Positions 47,693 to 63,810 of a stretch of 64,000 bases of DNA are shown here, one piece after another (the first letter of the stretch is position 1; each line of letters opens with the position of its first letter). The position numbers and the translations under genes were made by a program. Below the pieces are notes generated by a model. The model had not been told where the DNA came from. It searched no databases and was given only the letters and a program-made list of their open reading frames with translations. The DNA is from Carcharhinus longimanus (taxonomy: Eukaryota): assembly GCA_030264375.1 (NCBI GenBank), contig JASCQW010000150.1, positions 36,125,803 to 36,189,802 on the forward strand. Reading direction: 5' to 3'.

Positions 47693-50600
47693 TGGAAGTA
47701 ACGCACAATGTTAGGAGTCACAAGATATCTCGATTGAATAGGTTAATTTGCGGGATTAAAATACTAATTTAATCAAATCATCCATGCAGCTTTTATGATG
47801 GTAAACACAAATTGTGATGCTTTGTAAAAGCAGCACATTATTCTTGGAGAATCTCATTTTTATCAGCTGCTAGAGAAAAGGCACAGAGCAGTAGGAAGCA
47901 GGTGAATGCCTCATAATGTAATTGCACACAGGCACTAATGAGCCAGGCTTAAGGACATTGGAAATTGTTCCTATAATAAACACAAAAGCTGCACTAATAT
48001 CAGCGCAGACCTGTTCTCATTGCTGGATATAGATTCTCTTTAAATTCAATAAAAACTCTGGTCATCATCTAGCTCAGAGGTTCGAATGTCTGTTGCAGGG
48101 ATACTCTTGCCAGAAACTGTTATATATGATCGGGGATAAATACTTATGGTGCATTAATGACCCACAAAATGAAATATCTGATGTCTTAGAGCCACATTAA
48201 GCTGGCACCTCCTCTGAGTTTCTCCTCACCCTCAATCACCAAAACCTTTAGCATATCTGATATAATTAATGAAGATTCATACTTAGTGCACAGGGGACAG
48301 AAGTAAAACTACAATTCCCAATGATCTCTTATCCCATGCAAAAGGAGATAAAGCTAAAAGCCAACATTTAATCTGCAGAGTAAGGGTAATTACTGCTAAT
48401 GTACACTATAAATCTGAGGTGACAGAAGTCAAGTATTTTCCACAGCTCTTCAAATCCTGGTGAGGGTGTTCTGATCAGTATACAGTGGTCATGGCACTGA
48501 TCATTGCCAGTGAGGCTTCATACTACATTCAAGGCAGAATTAGATACATTTCCTACAAACATTAGTACAACTCAAACAAAATACAAATCCATACATTGAA
48601 ATCACAAGGAACAATGGAATTTTAAAAATATTGCGTTAAGTTCCACAGAAACTATGGACTAATTGTAATACATTAGTCTGTGGGAAAGAAAACATTGCAC
48701 AGTTGGTCTAAGTGATGTCAAAGTATCTTGCACAAATCTCTAAAGGGGCAAGGACACATTTAGCAATGAAGTGAATCCATATATAGTAGACTCATTTAGT
48801 CTTGAAAAGTTGGAAATGCTGACTGCATTCCTCTGAAATGCAAGGACGCTCCTCATGTGAATCACAGCTTCTGTAAAATCAGTGTAAACCATGTAAATCT
48901 TGTCACTATAGTGATTTGAACTATGAAACCATGACTGAAAGCGCTGTATCGTTTAAAGTATTTGTTCCTGTAGTTGGACCTATGCTTAGTTATCTCAATT
49001 GAAAGTTTAATTTCAAATATTATACTTTATATTATGCATCATAATTGAACAGCTTGCTCTCAATGGAACTGAAAGCAATTTTAAATGCCCAATTTTGAGA
49101 TAATAATTTGCAGATGAAAGAAGCAGTGAAAGCATACAATGCGAACTTAATTTCTAGTTAAGCTTCTATCATTTTTTCCCAGATTTCACTGTACTTAAAC
49201 TAGACATACCAACAAGAATATTCAGACACAAGTGTGTATTTTGACTGATCACAAGCACAGGCCCATAACAGAACCAATTAAATCTGATTTGAACTATTGG
49301 CGACATCATGGCATAAGCATAAATATGGTCAATTGATGAGGTCATTTTCCACTCCAACAATCTGATATTGGAGCGAAGCTTATATCGCAAGAAAAAAAAT
49401 CAAGAACCTTTAGAAATCCTTTCTATTTCAAACCCTTGAGTTTAATGCTTTTAGACCACTCAAGGCAGCCAAGTGATACATAATTTAGTTCAATTTTTAA
49501 AACCTGAAAGGAAAAAAACATGAACACTATTTTCCTTCAGACTGTGCGGAAAAGCAAATCAAGAGTTCAGTCAGACTCATCTTTTAAAACAGAATCAAAC
49601 ATAATTTAATATTGGTGAGAAAATAAATTAAGTACAAAAATGTTTAATAACTTAAAACAACCTTCTGGCTTTGTAGCAAACTAAAATAAAGCAACAGTAT
49701 TTAAACATTTACATCCACCAACTCACAGTACACATTAAGCCTCGGCACTTCTACCTTGCCAGGAACTATATTTTGTACTGAATTAATGAAAATAATTCAT
49801 ACTAGCTGCCATGCAATACTTAACTCTTTAAAAAAAAATGTAACATACAACTTTAAAATACATTACACTCGCCCCTCCTTTTTGGCTAGATCTCAAAATT
49901 GATGATTGATTTCCCTGGGTACTCTGGACAACATCCAATCTCTGTTTTGTACAACTTTTCCAATCCCTGGAATATTCCCAGTGCTTCTTGCAGCCTCACT
50001 TGAATGACTCAATTTTTCAATGCTTGTAGTGCTGAATATTCAAGTAAGTAAGTAGCATTATTAAATACAAGGTAGTTCAACTTGCAGTAGCTGTCATATC
50101 GTCTCATGTCATGTATGTTACGGCGTTAAATTATGGAATGTCTTAACATGCTTGTACTGTCTAGCTTCAGAGCTTTTGTTCAAACTATACTAAGGAACAG
50201 GAAATTCAGTATGAATATTTGTTCCACCTTAAAGAAATCCTTTCAGATTTTATCTCTTTTATATTACAAGCTTTCAGTTCAGCTCAAGTACAAAAAATAA
50301 CCATCCGAAATGTAAATTTATCCCCATGTCCATTGTGCATAAAACACTTGGAGCCAATTTAAAAACTGTCTCAGGTGTACATGCATCTGAATCAGGCTAG
50401 AAACAATGAGATTCAAATCCCCATTTGCTTCCTTGCCTGATTGCACATGCCAGTGCATTCATCAGAACTTGTGGTATGGTACCACACAACATGCACTGTT
50501 TAAGGCAAAGTACAAAACTAGTGTGATTAATTTAAATTAGACCAATACATTCAGCATTCAAATCGAAACTATAAAAGATTTTTCTTTTGCAACTTTACAG

Positions 50601-53600
50601 TAACTATTCAGTTATCTGCATCATGGCTCATTAAAAAAAGAGAAATTGAGTACTCTGCTTCCACAAGAAATTTAAATAGCTGTCTGTAAGCATAGCTATA
50701 ATCTAGGATTAAAAATATTAGTGCAACTTAAAAACTGTGTGGACCATTTTTACAGAATTTTGACAGATGACTAAAAATCAAATTTTGATAAAAGCTTCAA
50801 CTTCTGAATTCTGGTGTTTCAACTAAAAAATCCACCTACACCTCAGATTCTAAAACACCCAATTTGTTACACTACACTGCATGTACATAATTTAATAAAA
50901 GATAGTTACAAAGGAAAACAAAAAGCAGCTCCTAAATGCACACTTTCTCCAGATGAGATAGTTGCAATAAGGTCAAGGATTTAAAGTGGCTGGGATAATG
51001 CAATTACAAGTCAGCTTTACCTAACTGTAACTTCACATAGTTGACTATTTGTGTATAACTGTGCATATACAAGGGGGAACCTAGGTATTCAAAGTTGCTA
51101 CAGGGCTACTCTTTTAAAGTGCTGTTCATTTCCTCTATATAAAAAAGCATGTTTCATATTTAAGTGGTCCTTCATGCTAAAGATAATTCTAAATTAAATC
51201 ACAAACTAAAAGGGATGCCTACTATAGTAAATATAAAGCATTTCATTCTTGTTAGAGATGCAAGGATTGTATAGCATCAATTTTTTTAATATTTATCACC
51301 TTGCACCTTCAGCAGGTTATGGGGTTAGAACTGTCACAGTCTGAATTTTGAGTTCAGTAAGTTGTGTGTAGACAAATTACACACATGCAGGATTAAAAAG
51401 GCCTTCAACATAAAGGTTGCAGCATTTCTGTTGACTCTTGATGTTGGATTCAAGTTAAGTGCATGAAGCCTACTGCATTTTGCCAATATATTAACCTGAG
51501 GCTCCCATTAACAGCTATACAAGCACAGCCCAGGGAACAGAATCTAGTTAAGCCAACATCAAATCTAAAAGTATTCTGCAGATGACAGTATGACTGAATA
51601 TATTTCACACTTTTAGTCATAGAAATATTTAATATATAAAATAAAAAAAAGGCAACCAAAGTAAATGAAAGGCCCAGCGCTGCTGCTAACCTAACAAGCT
51701 GTATAGGAAACTCCATAAATCACTGAACACACCTCTGATTTGGCATGTTATTTCGAGAGCTAGTGCTCATAATTATCACTTGGTCCCATTTTTATTCTTA
51801 ATGTCATTCAGGTTGTCATACGAAGCCTTCACTACTCTCAGGGGGAGGTGGGGGGGGGGGAAGGTTACAAACATCTACTAGTAATGCTCCCAATTCAGTT
51901 ATTGAAGGCTTTTAATATCCACTGGTCCTGTCTCCATTCCACTTACTTAGGTTGGGATGGATGGATCTAACATTCACTAGTATTTCTCTCTTCACAGAAG
52001 TAGCTGATAAAATTTTCAGGTCTGACTTGATATCCACCTGTGTTCTCTCTTCTTGTTAAACATCTATCACATTAAGGTACACAAAAAAGCATATAACGCA
52101 GGCAGGCTAACACCTGATTTCATCTTGGGATCAGGAAAAACTACTCATTCTATGGAAGTCTCTTCCAAAACCTGCAAATCAGTACTCTTTCTTTCACAAT
52201 CTTAGAAATTCCTTTAATAGCAAATCACAGGATAAATAAAATCTACTCAATGTTGAATGGTGCAAAACAGTGGTGACAGANNNNNNNNNNNNNNNNNNNN
52301 NNNNNNNNNNNNNNNNNNNNNNNNNNNNNNNNNNNNNNNNNNNNNNNNNNNNNNNNNNNNNNNNNNNNNNNNNNNNNNNNNNNNNNNNNNNNNNNNNNNN
52401 NNNNNNNNNNNNNNNNNNNNNNNNNNNNNNNNNNNNNNNNNNNNNNNNNNNNNNNNNNNNNNNNNNNNNNNNNNNNNNNNNNNNNNNNNNNNNNNNNNNN
52501 NNNNNNNNNNNNNNNNNNNNNNNNNNNNNNNNNNNNNNNNNNNNNNNNNNNNNNNNNNNNNNNNNNNNNNNNNNNNNNNNNNNNNNNNNNNNNNNNNNNN
52601 NNNNNNNNNNNNNNNNNNNNNNNNNNNNNNNNNNNNNNNNNNNNNNNNNNNNNNNNNNNNNNNNNNNNNNNNNNNNNNNNNNNNNNNNNNNNNNNNNNNN
52701 TCCTCCAGCAATTAGCCTATATAGCCATTATTTATGTGAGTCTTGTCAATGGAGGGGAGGGGAGGGGGGCAGGCGGCGCGGTGGTAGAAGGAGGGAAAGG
52801 GAAATGCCAAAACAAAGGGATCTTAGCCTAATATAATCCTATCCTCATTTCCATCAGGGGGTCTTTGTATTGGAATCAGGAGCGCAAACAGCGACTAATT
52901 TTCCCTCACCCAAGAGCACAAAGGCCAACTGCCACATACTCAATTATCATGGGGGAGACCAGCTAACTTAGCAGAGATCAGAATTCAAGTCAGAGGCCTT
53001 CCTCATTTCTATTCTTAGTTACTTATTATGTAAATTCACTGAGCTGCCGACTCTGATTGCAAAAAACATCATAATATTTCCCCAAATTGCTGAAAATAAC
53101 GCACATAATCTAGTTTAGGTATCAAATTGGATGAGGAAAGTAGAAAACTATTCCAAAATGAATATACAGCAGATGCAATTAAATCTGAAGATCTGTTTAC
53201 TGGAATTCAGACAATATATAAACTGATATTGTCTCTAGAAGACAACATATAAACCTATGTCATGCAAGATAAATTTGTTACTTTGCCTGCACCTTTCCCA
53301 GTTAAAATATTGTCAACTGGAAACAGAGTTCTCTGCCTTCAGTGAACTAAAACAACTGCACGTAACTTGAATGGGCAAGTAGTGTTTTAACTTCTGCAAT
53401 TTGTCCTTTTCTAAAATAAATCCAAAATGTATCACAAAACTTCACAAACTGTACTTTTGAAAGACATGAATAATACTGACATGACCTACAGGTGCTCTTT
53501 TTGGGGGTGGCAAAAGTCAACTTCTGCTAAGAGTTCAAAATCTAAGGCAGTGATGATCAGCCTAATTTTCAAAAAGGGCAATCTGGAAAAACTGAACACT

Positions 53601-56600
53601 AGAGTGATGCATAGGATCATGCATTATATTTTCAATCTGTAGCATGCTTTTACTAGAATTCCTCACTTTGTGCAGTTCTTCTACAGCAGATTACAAACTA
53701 GGAAATACCACACCAAATCCAGCTATATGAAGCTTTATTTTCAGAGCTTCTGTCAAGAGATTCTGGTCAGCATTATCTGAACTTACTAACCTACAAGTGG
53801 TAACATTCAATTGTCATGAGCCAATTTTACTGGTAGAGTTTAATTGATTAAGATTTCAAATATCCAGTCCAGGTGTTTGAACATAAATTACTGATGTCCA
53901 ATTATAACTTTTTGGGAAACATAAGTTTTGTTTATATGGGGCTAAGCAATCATTTGCAATAGTGTACATGTGCAAAGTAAAGGAACATTGACTATTAATT
54001 AGGCCTCTTCAAAATGTATTTTACAGTTCTATTTTACAAATTCAATAATACAAAAACAGTTTGGTGAGAACCAATGAATAGGAAGATAAATTATTTAGAT
54101 GTGCTTTTAAAAACTGTCCAAGTTATTTCAGATATCACCCATGTTCTTCTGATAATGTCACTAAGACTAAGAAACCATAAACTCTCATGTTACAGGTTTT
54201 GAAATTGAAAATTACATTATATTCACACTGGAAGTATGCTTCTTTCTTTGGTGGTGGGCAGGAGCACAGGTTGGAAGGTAAGAAGAAGAGAAGGCAAAGA
54301 AATATAGGTAGGGATTTTTTCTGGAAGCATTAAGTAGGAGAAATGCACACCCTGAAATCTTAATTTAAAAAGATGTACAACTGGGAGATGGGGGAGGAGG
54401 AAGAATATGGTATTAATTGCAGCCACCTTGTTGATTCCTTAATTAAACTGAAAAGATTTTAAGCTGGTGAAAAACCTTTTATAGCTACACTTACATCAAT
54501 TGCAGGATTTAAAAAAAACTATAAGAGGCAATAATTGTGTGTGCATCTGTTTTTTTGGGGGGGGGGGGGGGGGGGGGTTGGAAAAAATGATTAGGNNNNN
54601 NNNNNNNNNNNNNNNNNNNNNNNNNNNNNNNNNNNNNNNNNNNNNNNNNNNNNNNNNNNNNNNNNNNNNNNNNNNNNNNNNNNNNNNNNNNNNNNAACTA
54701 ATTAGGACAGTAATAACTTGGAAGAGCTAACATACAGATATCCCCTGCAATCCAGGAATCAATGCAGACAAAATCATTATGACTTGTACCTTTTTATAAA
54801 AGACAACTGATCTGTTGTGAATCACTACCAGGAGATGCAACCCTAACTCTTCACTATGAAAAATATTTATAATTAATCCTATTGAGACAAGGCATCAACG
54901 CTTTCCTACATCACCATCCAAAAAAATCAAATTGTGGGCATAAAGCAGAGCAGGCCAGAGAATGACAAGTTGCAGATCAGTGCGATATCTGTAATGAGAA
55001 CGCCATCTCAGTTTGTGTTTTTGAAAAAGTGCAGCAGAATTGCTTTTATACACATCACACTGTGTAGGCTAATGCAGTATTAGACAGAATCCAATTCATA
55101 TTAGCTAGATGCTGTGCTGTAAATAAGCAGAGAGCAAGTATGAATTATGAATGAAGATAGGTGCAAGTTAAATCCACTTGGTTTAACTGTCAAACTAAAG
55201 CGTGCTGAATGGGAGGACAAAGAAGCAATGGTTGTGACAGGTGTCCAACCGTAATTGCACATGACCCTTCAGCTGGAAACATACATCACCAGTCCTCTAG
55301 TCACAAATTAAGTTAATAGTTGACCATTCACTAGTTAGCAAGTAGAATTATTGTTTTGTCATTACAGACAAACTGGCCTAGAAATCAACTAAAAAAAAAA
55401 TCAGGTATCAAAAGCTTTATCATTTCAATCACACAAAATACCAAAAGCAACTTTTGTCACATATCATATTTGTGGCAAAGTATGCTGTTGAGTATTACAA
55501 AGTGCTAGCAAAAATCATTCTTTAAACATAAACTTGATTTTACTAGAAAAAGTAAACTCTCAAACAAATGCACAAGCTGTCAGCCAGATTCGATTTTCAC
55601 AATAGGGTTTTCTTACATACATGTTCTGAAAATGGTTGAGTAACTGAGCACGTTTAATTAGTTGAATAATAAAGCAATTTATAATAGTGAATAATTAGCT
55701 CTGAACCAAATTAAAGTCAGATTGTGATGAAAATCTACACACACAATCACATAGATAATCCAACTGCTTTGTTATTCTCCTCTGCAGACTATTCCTAATT
55801 ATTTCAGATACAAATTACATCTCAAATATTATTTCTTGTGTGGAAAACTTCTATTTTCCACTAGAATGTAACTGATATTCAGGAGATAGCATTGAAGTAA
55901 ATTCTGAAATATTACCATAATCAATCTGTTCTCTGAATAAGACTGAACTGCATCTAGCACTGGAAACTACAATGTGCCAGGCAATGCTAGGTGAAAAAGC
56001 GCCTTCAAGTGAAAAATGAGAACCTTATATCAGGCGTTACGGCTTTTAGCTTCCTGAAATTGCAATTTCTCTACAATTTTGCAAAATTCAAAATGTATGG
56101 TATACAAAAAATTAAGTACATTATCTTCCAGCTTCTTTGAAGGATTAAAGAGCTGAGGAATGAGGAACAGTCATCTGCAAGTCCACTTTGCTTAACTATT
56201 CATATTTTCAGATACTCCAAAAACATTCACAAATCATATTCTGGTGTTTTAAACGTAGCACACTTGGCCAAAAAGAAAGTGGCCCAAAATAAATGGAACA
56301 TTTGGTATCAGCTCCCTTTGCCATTGGTTTGAGGCTAAGTATGAGTGCGCATTTACCATGGGCCCAAGAAGTTTAATTTCCTCAACCACTATTCATAATC
56401 ATGCACTAAACATAAGCAATACAACTTCACTTCCCTCCTTGCAACCTGTCTCAATTCAAACAGGACCAGTGGATTTGTGTCTGCATTCAATTTTGACAAA
56501 GATTTAAAAGCCGGCTACAGCTAACTGTCCACTGAAGGTTCAAGTCTGGTTAATTTATTTAAAAGCTCACCAGTTAGCATACAAAACTTTCCACTCAAAA

Positions 56601-56789
56601 TCCCCTGCTAGCACTCCTGTAAAAAGTTTGTTTATAAAAATAGATGCTCTGTGAAGCCCATTTCAGCATAAGGTTGTAAAACTCTTTGGCAGGGTACCTA
56701 AAAATCAGGTGCCTGTCTGCACACTGGCCCCTCAATCCCTACTCTTAATTTTAAAACAAAATTTTGAAGCGCTAAACAGCAAATGAACT

Positions 56790-56915
56790 TTAAAAGAGAA
56801 AAGTAACAAAAACAAAACAAAATTGGAGCAAAACAAAACAAATTTAATGATCATAAATGCAAAAGTAAAATCAATAGTCAAACAAAACAAAGGAAACAAA
56901 ATGAAAAGAAATTGT
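56790..56915 (-). promoter_or_regulatory. ELAVL1: Probable ELAVL1 polyadenylation site (ATTAAA 56848-56843) inside a U/GU-rich element
   Basis: Minus strand tttgtttcctttgttttgttt..ATTAAA tttgttttgttttgctccaattttgttttgtttttgtt, ~1.1 kb after the stop. Confidence 0.6.
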
Positions 56916-57944
56916 ATAACAGAACATTAACTAAGTTCAAAGGCAGTTTGTAAAAACTTTTAGATTAGTCTTCTTTAAGTCTATTTTAACAAAGCTTTGT
57001 GTTGACAGCTAACCTGCATGAAAAAAACATTAAGTACTTTCTATTCTGACGCATTATCCCAATTTAGCATGTCAATTATGCAAAAAACAAAAACTTTTTT
57101 AAAAAAAGAAATGGAGTTCACTAGATGGGGTGCAACAAACCTACAAATGCTCAAATGTTTGAACTTCTATGATAATATTACAAGCAGAATTAATCCTGTA
57201 TTGCATGAGATTTCCCAACCAAAATGTTCCTTTCACCCAGAAATTTGGCAAAATTGCGAGTCACCTGCTCCATTTTTGTACCGTACACTGTAAATTTCAT
57301 TAATTGACTCATGGTTGTACTTATGTCAGGAATTAAAACTGAATTGTTTTGCACTTACCTCCATATTTCATGGGACAAGGAGGACACAGAAGGTGCCATT
57401 TACACTTATCTACAGAAAACTGTAAATTACAGCCATGGCTTAGACAGCTGGATGAATGTACTACTAAACATATTAATTTTACAGGCACAAATCAACATTT
57501 TAATTAAAAAAGGTTTACTAATGCATAAAGCCTATGCTAACATGTAGTGCATTTATGAAATTGCTTTCTCAAATGCAAGCAGGAATTAACTAAGAGCTGC
57601 TAGTCATATAACTGATTACATTAAAATGGAATGAATGTTGTAATTTAAAGCGATATTATTTCAAATTCAAGGAACTACTATACAATTTAGTATTTTACCC
57701 TCCTTTTTTGGGTGGGTAGGAAGAAAGGAGGGGAACATGGAAGGAAATGTATCAAACTTTTGAACATTTCATGTTAGTTGCATCCCAGAGTACTAATATA
57801 AAAAATCCTTTTCACTTATTCTTCTAGAATGGTAGACAAAACACTTCTGTCACAACAGTAAGAGTTGCTTTACACTAGTGGACTTATTCACCGTTCAGCA
57901 GTGTATTTCTAATTGAATGCTTACAAATGAGCACAAGCTTTAAA

Positions 57945-58319
<375 letters not shown>

Positions 58320-60656
58320 TCAAAGGTGACGAAAACAAATGAAAATTAGTAAAAAATTCTCATACCCTTCCCCTCCAAAAAAAAAAGGACAATAAAAAGT
58401 TCAATACATGGGCTTGGGAAGACTATTGCTGTTAAGCCATTGATTTAAACTTAGCGGACCTGATTCATCCAGACAAATGTAGGATCCAGAGTAACCATCT
58501 TTCACTTAAAACTGGTATAAAGCATTTTATGGGATTCCAAACCCCTACACTGTTGCCGGACACAACTCATTGTGCATTTTTACACAAGTACAGTCAAAGG
58601 GTTATCAAGTTTCCTTCTGCCAGATTCATTCCACAGACAAACAAGTATAGTTTCCTTACCAACGCAGCTTTTTACATCCACCGGGACAAAGGAGCAGCTT
58701 TATCAATGCAAACACAAAGATCAGAATTTTCTGGTCATTTTTGCTGGAGGGTTCTTCCCGTTCCACTAACAGCAGAGTGCATAAAATAGGAAACCCTGTT
58801 GAGAGGCAGGATCAGAAGATCCCACCGCCAACGAATGGCGGGGCTGAGTGCGGAAAATTCCACCCAGAGTTGGCTTATTGGCTTTATTCTCCTGCAACTT
58901 GAACTACAGAATTATCAAACATAAATGCGTCTAAACTGATACTTTATTCCACTCAAAAACCAATGCTACATATTAAAGTGCCTAATACTAAATCCTGCAA
59001 TTTTCTTAAGACTTTTTTGCAAGGTAGCATCTGAACAAATCCTAGATTATTTGCCATATTTGTAGCACACATAAAGAGCTGATGCTAGACATTTTTGACA
59101 AGACAAATAAGAAAGTATTTTCAAATGTCAGCTGCAATTCAAAAATTACTTCAACTTTGGAATATATAGCGCATCTAAATTATATGCTGACGCAGATCAA
59201 ATATCATTTTTGTTTCTGTATCAGTGGAGACCTGAACTATCAAATAATGGTGCCAGCATTCATAATAGGCAGAAGCACATCGCTCACCAGTTATCTTCTC
59301 CCATTCAGTATTATTCAGCGAATGAAAATTCCCGAAACCAAGTGATTGCCTCTTCATTTGCTGAGTTAATGGCGATTAGTCCGCTACTTACTCTGTAGAG
59401 GGGACACTCCTTGGTAATGAGCAGCATTGTTTGTCTCTCCACTAGTATACTGTTGCCCCAGCAGTGGAGATGGCTGCAAAGGGGACCTGAACCTGTTTAA
59501 CAAGGATCACTCTCACCATGGTAGTTCAAAGCCTGTCATTTAACAGATAGGGTTTATCACAAGGAAATTAGTTCCATCCAGTCAGAGTACAGTATTGTAA
59601 AATTTTGAGGCACGTCTCATTTAAAGGGTATGGAAAGTTGCTAGGTGATAGACATGTAGGCTTGTTGCATTCCTACTGTGTCTGCTTGATGTTTTTTAAA
59701 TTCCTCACTAGAAGATTAACTGTTTATGTCAGTTGCTTTATCCCCCCAAGCAAGTCCTTTGCACTTACTTGCCCTTAAATCAGATGTGGCTAGAAGTGAG
59801 AGGGAGAGTTGCTGTTGGGGTTTGGCCAATCTACTTAGCGTTAGCCAAAATAACTGTTAGAAAGTAACAGACCCTAGAATTGTCTTCTAATAATTCCACA
59901 TTGTCACGATTAAGGTACTTTCAGTCTGTCACATTTCCACAAAGATACAATGTAATGTTCAGCATTTTCCCCAGGACCCAGGCTTAATAGCAATGATGTC
60001 ACCTCACCTCTTTCCCATTGTAGCAGGGACAAGGAAAGCAAACAGGGAAAATGAGAAAAATAGTGGGAAAAAATGCAGAGGAAGATACAGACATGGTGTG
60101 GGTTCAAAACACCAAAGAGCACAATGTATACTGGGGTTGCCATGGTGTTGAATGATGATTCCACCTAAATCAAAATGGACAGAATGGATTTAATCATTTG
60201 TATATCATTTGATAGTTCTGAAGAATGGATCTGGCCAATTACTACAAATATTTGAATACCTGTTCCCTCATAAGATATTGACAGTATAAAGTTACACTCA
60301 ATAGACAAGTCTTTCTGGTCATGCCCATCATCGTTCCAGCATTCATTTTCAAAAGGGACAATGAGTGACAAATCTATCTATAATATGAACAGAAATTCAA
60401 TAAATTATTGAAGTTAATCAGGATCCAAATTGGTGCTCATTAATAAATGGTCAAACACATCAGCTATCCCAGTTGCAAAGTTCGGTACTATATCTGAAAG
60501 AATTCACAATAAATTCTAACAGGAAAACATTGTCAAAACAATGCTGCAACCTCAGAGTTCAGGAAGACTGAAGTCATTTTTTGGTACTGAATGAATGATT
60601 GCATGAAGTAATCTTGAAGTAAAAGCTGGGTTGAAATCCGTAGCAGTAGCCTTTCA

Positions 60657-61019
<363 letters not shown>

Positions 61020-61757
61020 CTAGTGTGCTGGCAATCCCGTTACAATTGGTTTAGAAAATGCAACCTATTGATATATATTAAGGTAAATTATTTTAATAAC
61101 TTAAAAAAATTAAAAATGTGGTATCAAGACTGGTTGCGATCATAATTACAGGAAAAAAATCCATTAGGTACTAGTGCCCAAAAATCGTCAATCCTTGGTC
61201 TATGTGGTCAAAGTTCTTGGATATAATATTGCACTTCAACAATTTAAATGTAACATATAAACAGTCCTAAGTATGATTTCATACAGGAATGCAATAGAGA
61301 ATTTTAGTCAAATTAATTGGGAAACAATATCCCAACAAGTAAATCAAAGCTATCTTCAGAAATGTTGTCAAAAGTATTTGAAGAATGTAATCCTGAGCAT
61401 TCGGAGCTGGCTGGGCTGCTGGCACTATTAAATATTGTTTGAATGCTTAACAATTAAAATGGTATTAAGCAAAACAAAATCTGATCTATACTCGAGAGAA
61501 TCTGAGGTGTTAGCTGAATCACTTCTGGACAACAGAAATAAGGGGAGAACAATATAGAGAAAAAAAGCCAAGTTCCCAAATATGTTTCCACACTCACGAT
61601 TAAGCAAGTTAATAAAGATGGGCACTATAGTGGGCTATTTAGCTCCACTTTAATGCAGTCTGACAAAGTTCAAAGACAATATTCCTAAATTACAAAGATC
61701 AACTTTATGAATACTTAAATATATTCCTTTCATTATTGATAAAGAACATAAAAGTTA

Positions 61758-61919
<162 letters not shown>

Positions 61920-62832
61920 TCAATTAACATATTCATTTCTGGGATTAGCAGTTTTAATAAATATTGCATTGGATATGTAAAGGCCATGTCTATTTGAATC
62001 ACGAAGAACAGATTTCGTTCTGATCTTCGACTTTACCCAAATAGCACATTTTGATATGTTAAACATTAATTTACAAAAGGTATGCACTGTTAGCATTAAC
62101 ACGGCAAGAAGAAACATTGAAGTACATTAGCTTCAAATTTTTCTATACATCAGCGATGCCAATACCATACTTGATTCTAATAACAAACTGATGACTAGAC
62201 ACTTTGCAGATATGCTCGTAGATTTAATTGTTATTTTAAAACATTTATCAGAGCATTTGTTTTTGAAGCAGTGTCTATGGTTAACTCCTGTGACATTTAA
62301 TTTGATTTGACTTGAGAGTACACAGTGCTCAGTCACTTGTCTCCTTAAAAGTATGTACATTTGATCTCAGGGCTTACATGTGCTGAGACTGTAGGCACAT
62401 AAAATTCAAACTGAAGATAACACCTAGCTTTTAAAGGAAGGACCTCACTGCCAACCAAAACCTCAACTGCAGGACAGTTGCTGAAGCTTCAAAGCTCACT
62501 AAAAAACCTAATTTATAAATGACTATATCACCCTAAGATGTGAACTTTATCACCGTGAAATTTTGTTCAACTCAACTTCTCATCCAATATTTAAGCACCA
62601 TAACAGGGCAGTTCCAGTTGGTGAACACTGCCCAGCATGGAATTAAGCCAAACAGGTTACGTTTCATCAAGTTATTGATCTAAGTGAGAACAACAGCAGT
62701 TTACCGTAACTGGCTTCACCTCTGGGCTAAGAAAGAGGACAAAATACCTATGTCTAGCACAAATCAATAACTTTGAGGCGGGTAATGAGAAAAGATCAAA
62801 TGTGTACATATTGTGAAACATGCACAAGGTTA

Positions 62833-62958
<126 letters not shown>

Positions 62959-63127
62959 TTAAAAGTAAGTGTTTGGTTAGCAACAATCCAGCTAAATTTC
63001 CAGGAAGGAAAAGCTCTAATTTTATCACATGCTATTTCCAATTAAACTGTAATCTGCAGAGGCACTCCAAGTTCTATGGGCTACATTGAGCTGAAGCAAC
63101 TCTTCATACAAACAAGTCAGAAATGAA

Positions 63128-63810
63128 GGGAGTGATTCTCCCATCCCATTTTTTTTAGCATAGCGGGATGGGAGATTTTAGCAGGGCCAGATGAGTGCAA
63201 TCCACGCTGTGTGCCTGGCACCGAGCTCATCTCCCACTGCTAGATATCCAGCGCTGTCAGCTCCGCACCGGATATAGGAGTGGAGCTGCATAATTTATGT
63301 TAATTCAAATTTAGATGCTATTTACATGCTATTAGGGAACCTGGGACTGCCCAAGGTGCAAAGTGTCAATGCCCAGGGGCACCTTGGCACTGCCCACCAA
63401 ACAGGGGCAGTGCTGTGAGGGTAGTGGGTTCTGTTTCCACTCTGACTTTGGGATCATGAGCATAGGCTGACAATCCTTTGTGGGAGAGGGTTTTGGAGGG
63501 CCAGCGTTGCAGAGGTTGCGGGGCTGGCCAGCAATCGGGAGGCCAGCAGACAGGGACTAATGCGCAAGCATCGACTCGGCACTGACAAATCGACGCGTGC
63601 GGTGGTCCACTCAGCACAGTGCTACTGGCCTCTCCAGCAGGAATAGGGCCTGTCCCCTGATTTTTAATTGTGATTCACACTACTGCACTCTGCAGTGCAT
63701 ACAGTGTGGGAGATTCTTCTCTGAGCTCCCACTGGTAAAAAAAAGCGTGATTTACCCCAGTTTTTATGCAAATATTTTCATTCAGAATTTTTTTTGGGGA
63801 GAATCCGGCC
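63128..63810. mobile_element. MITE-like element (probably Harbinger-derived) in an ELAVL1 intron
   Basis: Ends gattctccc / gggagaatc are inverted; GC-richer interior; shorter similar elements near 22888-23015 and 58715-58865. Confidence 0.55.
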
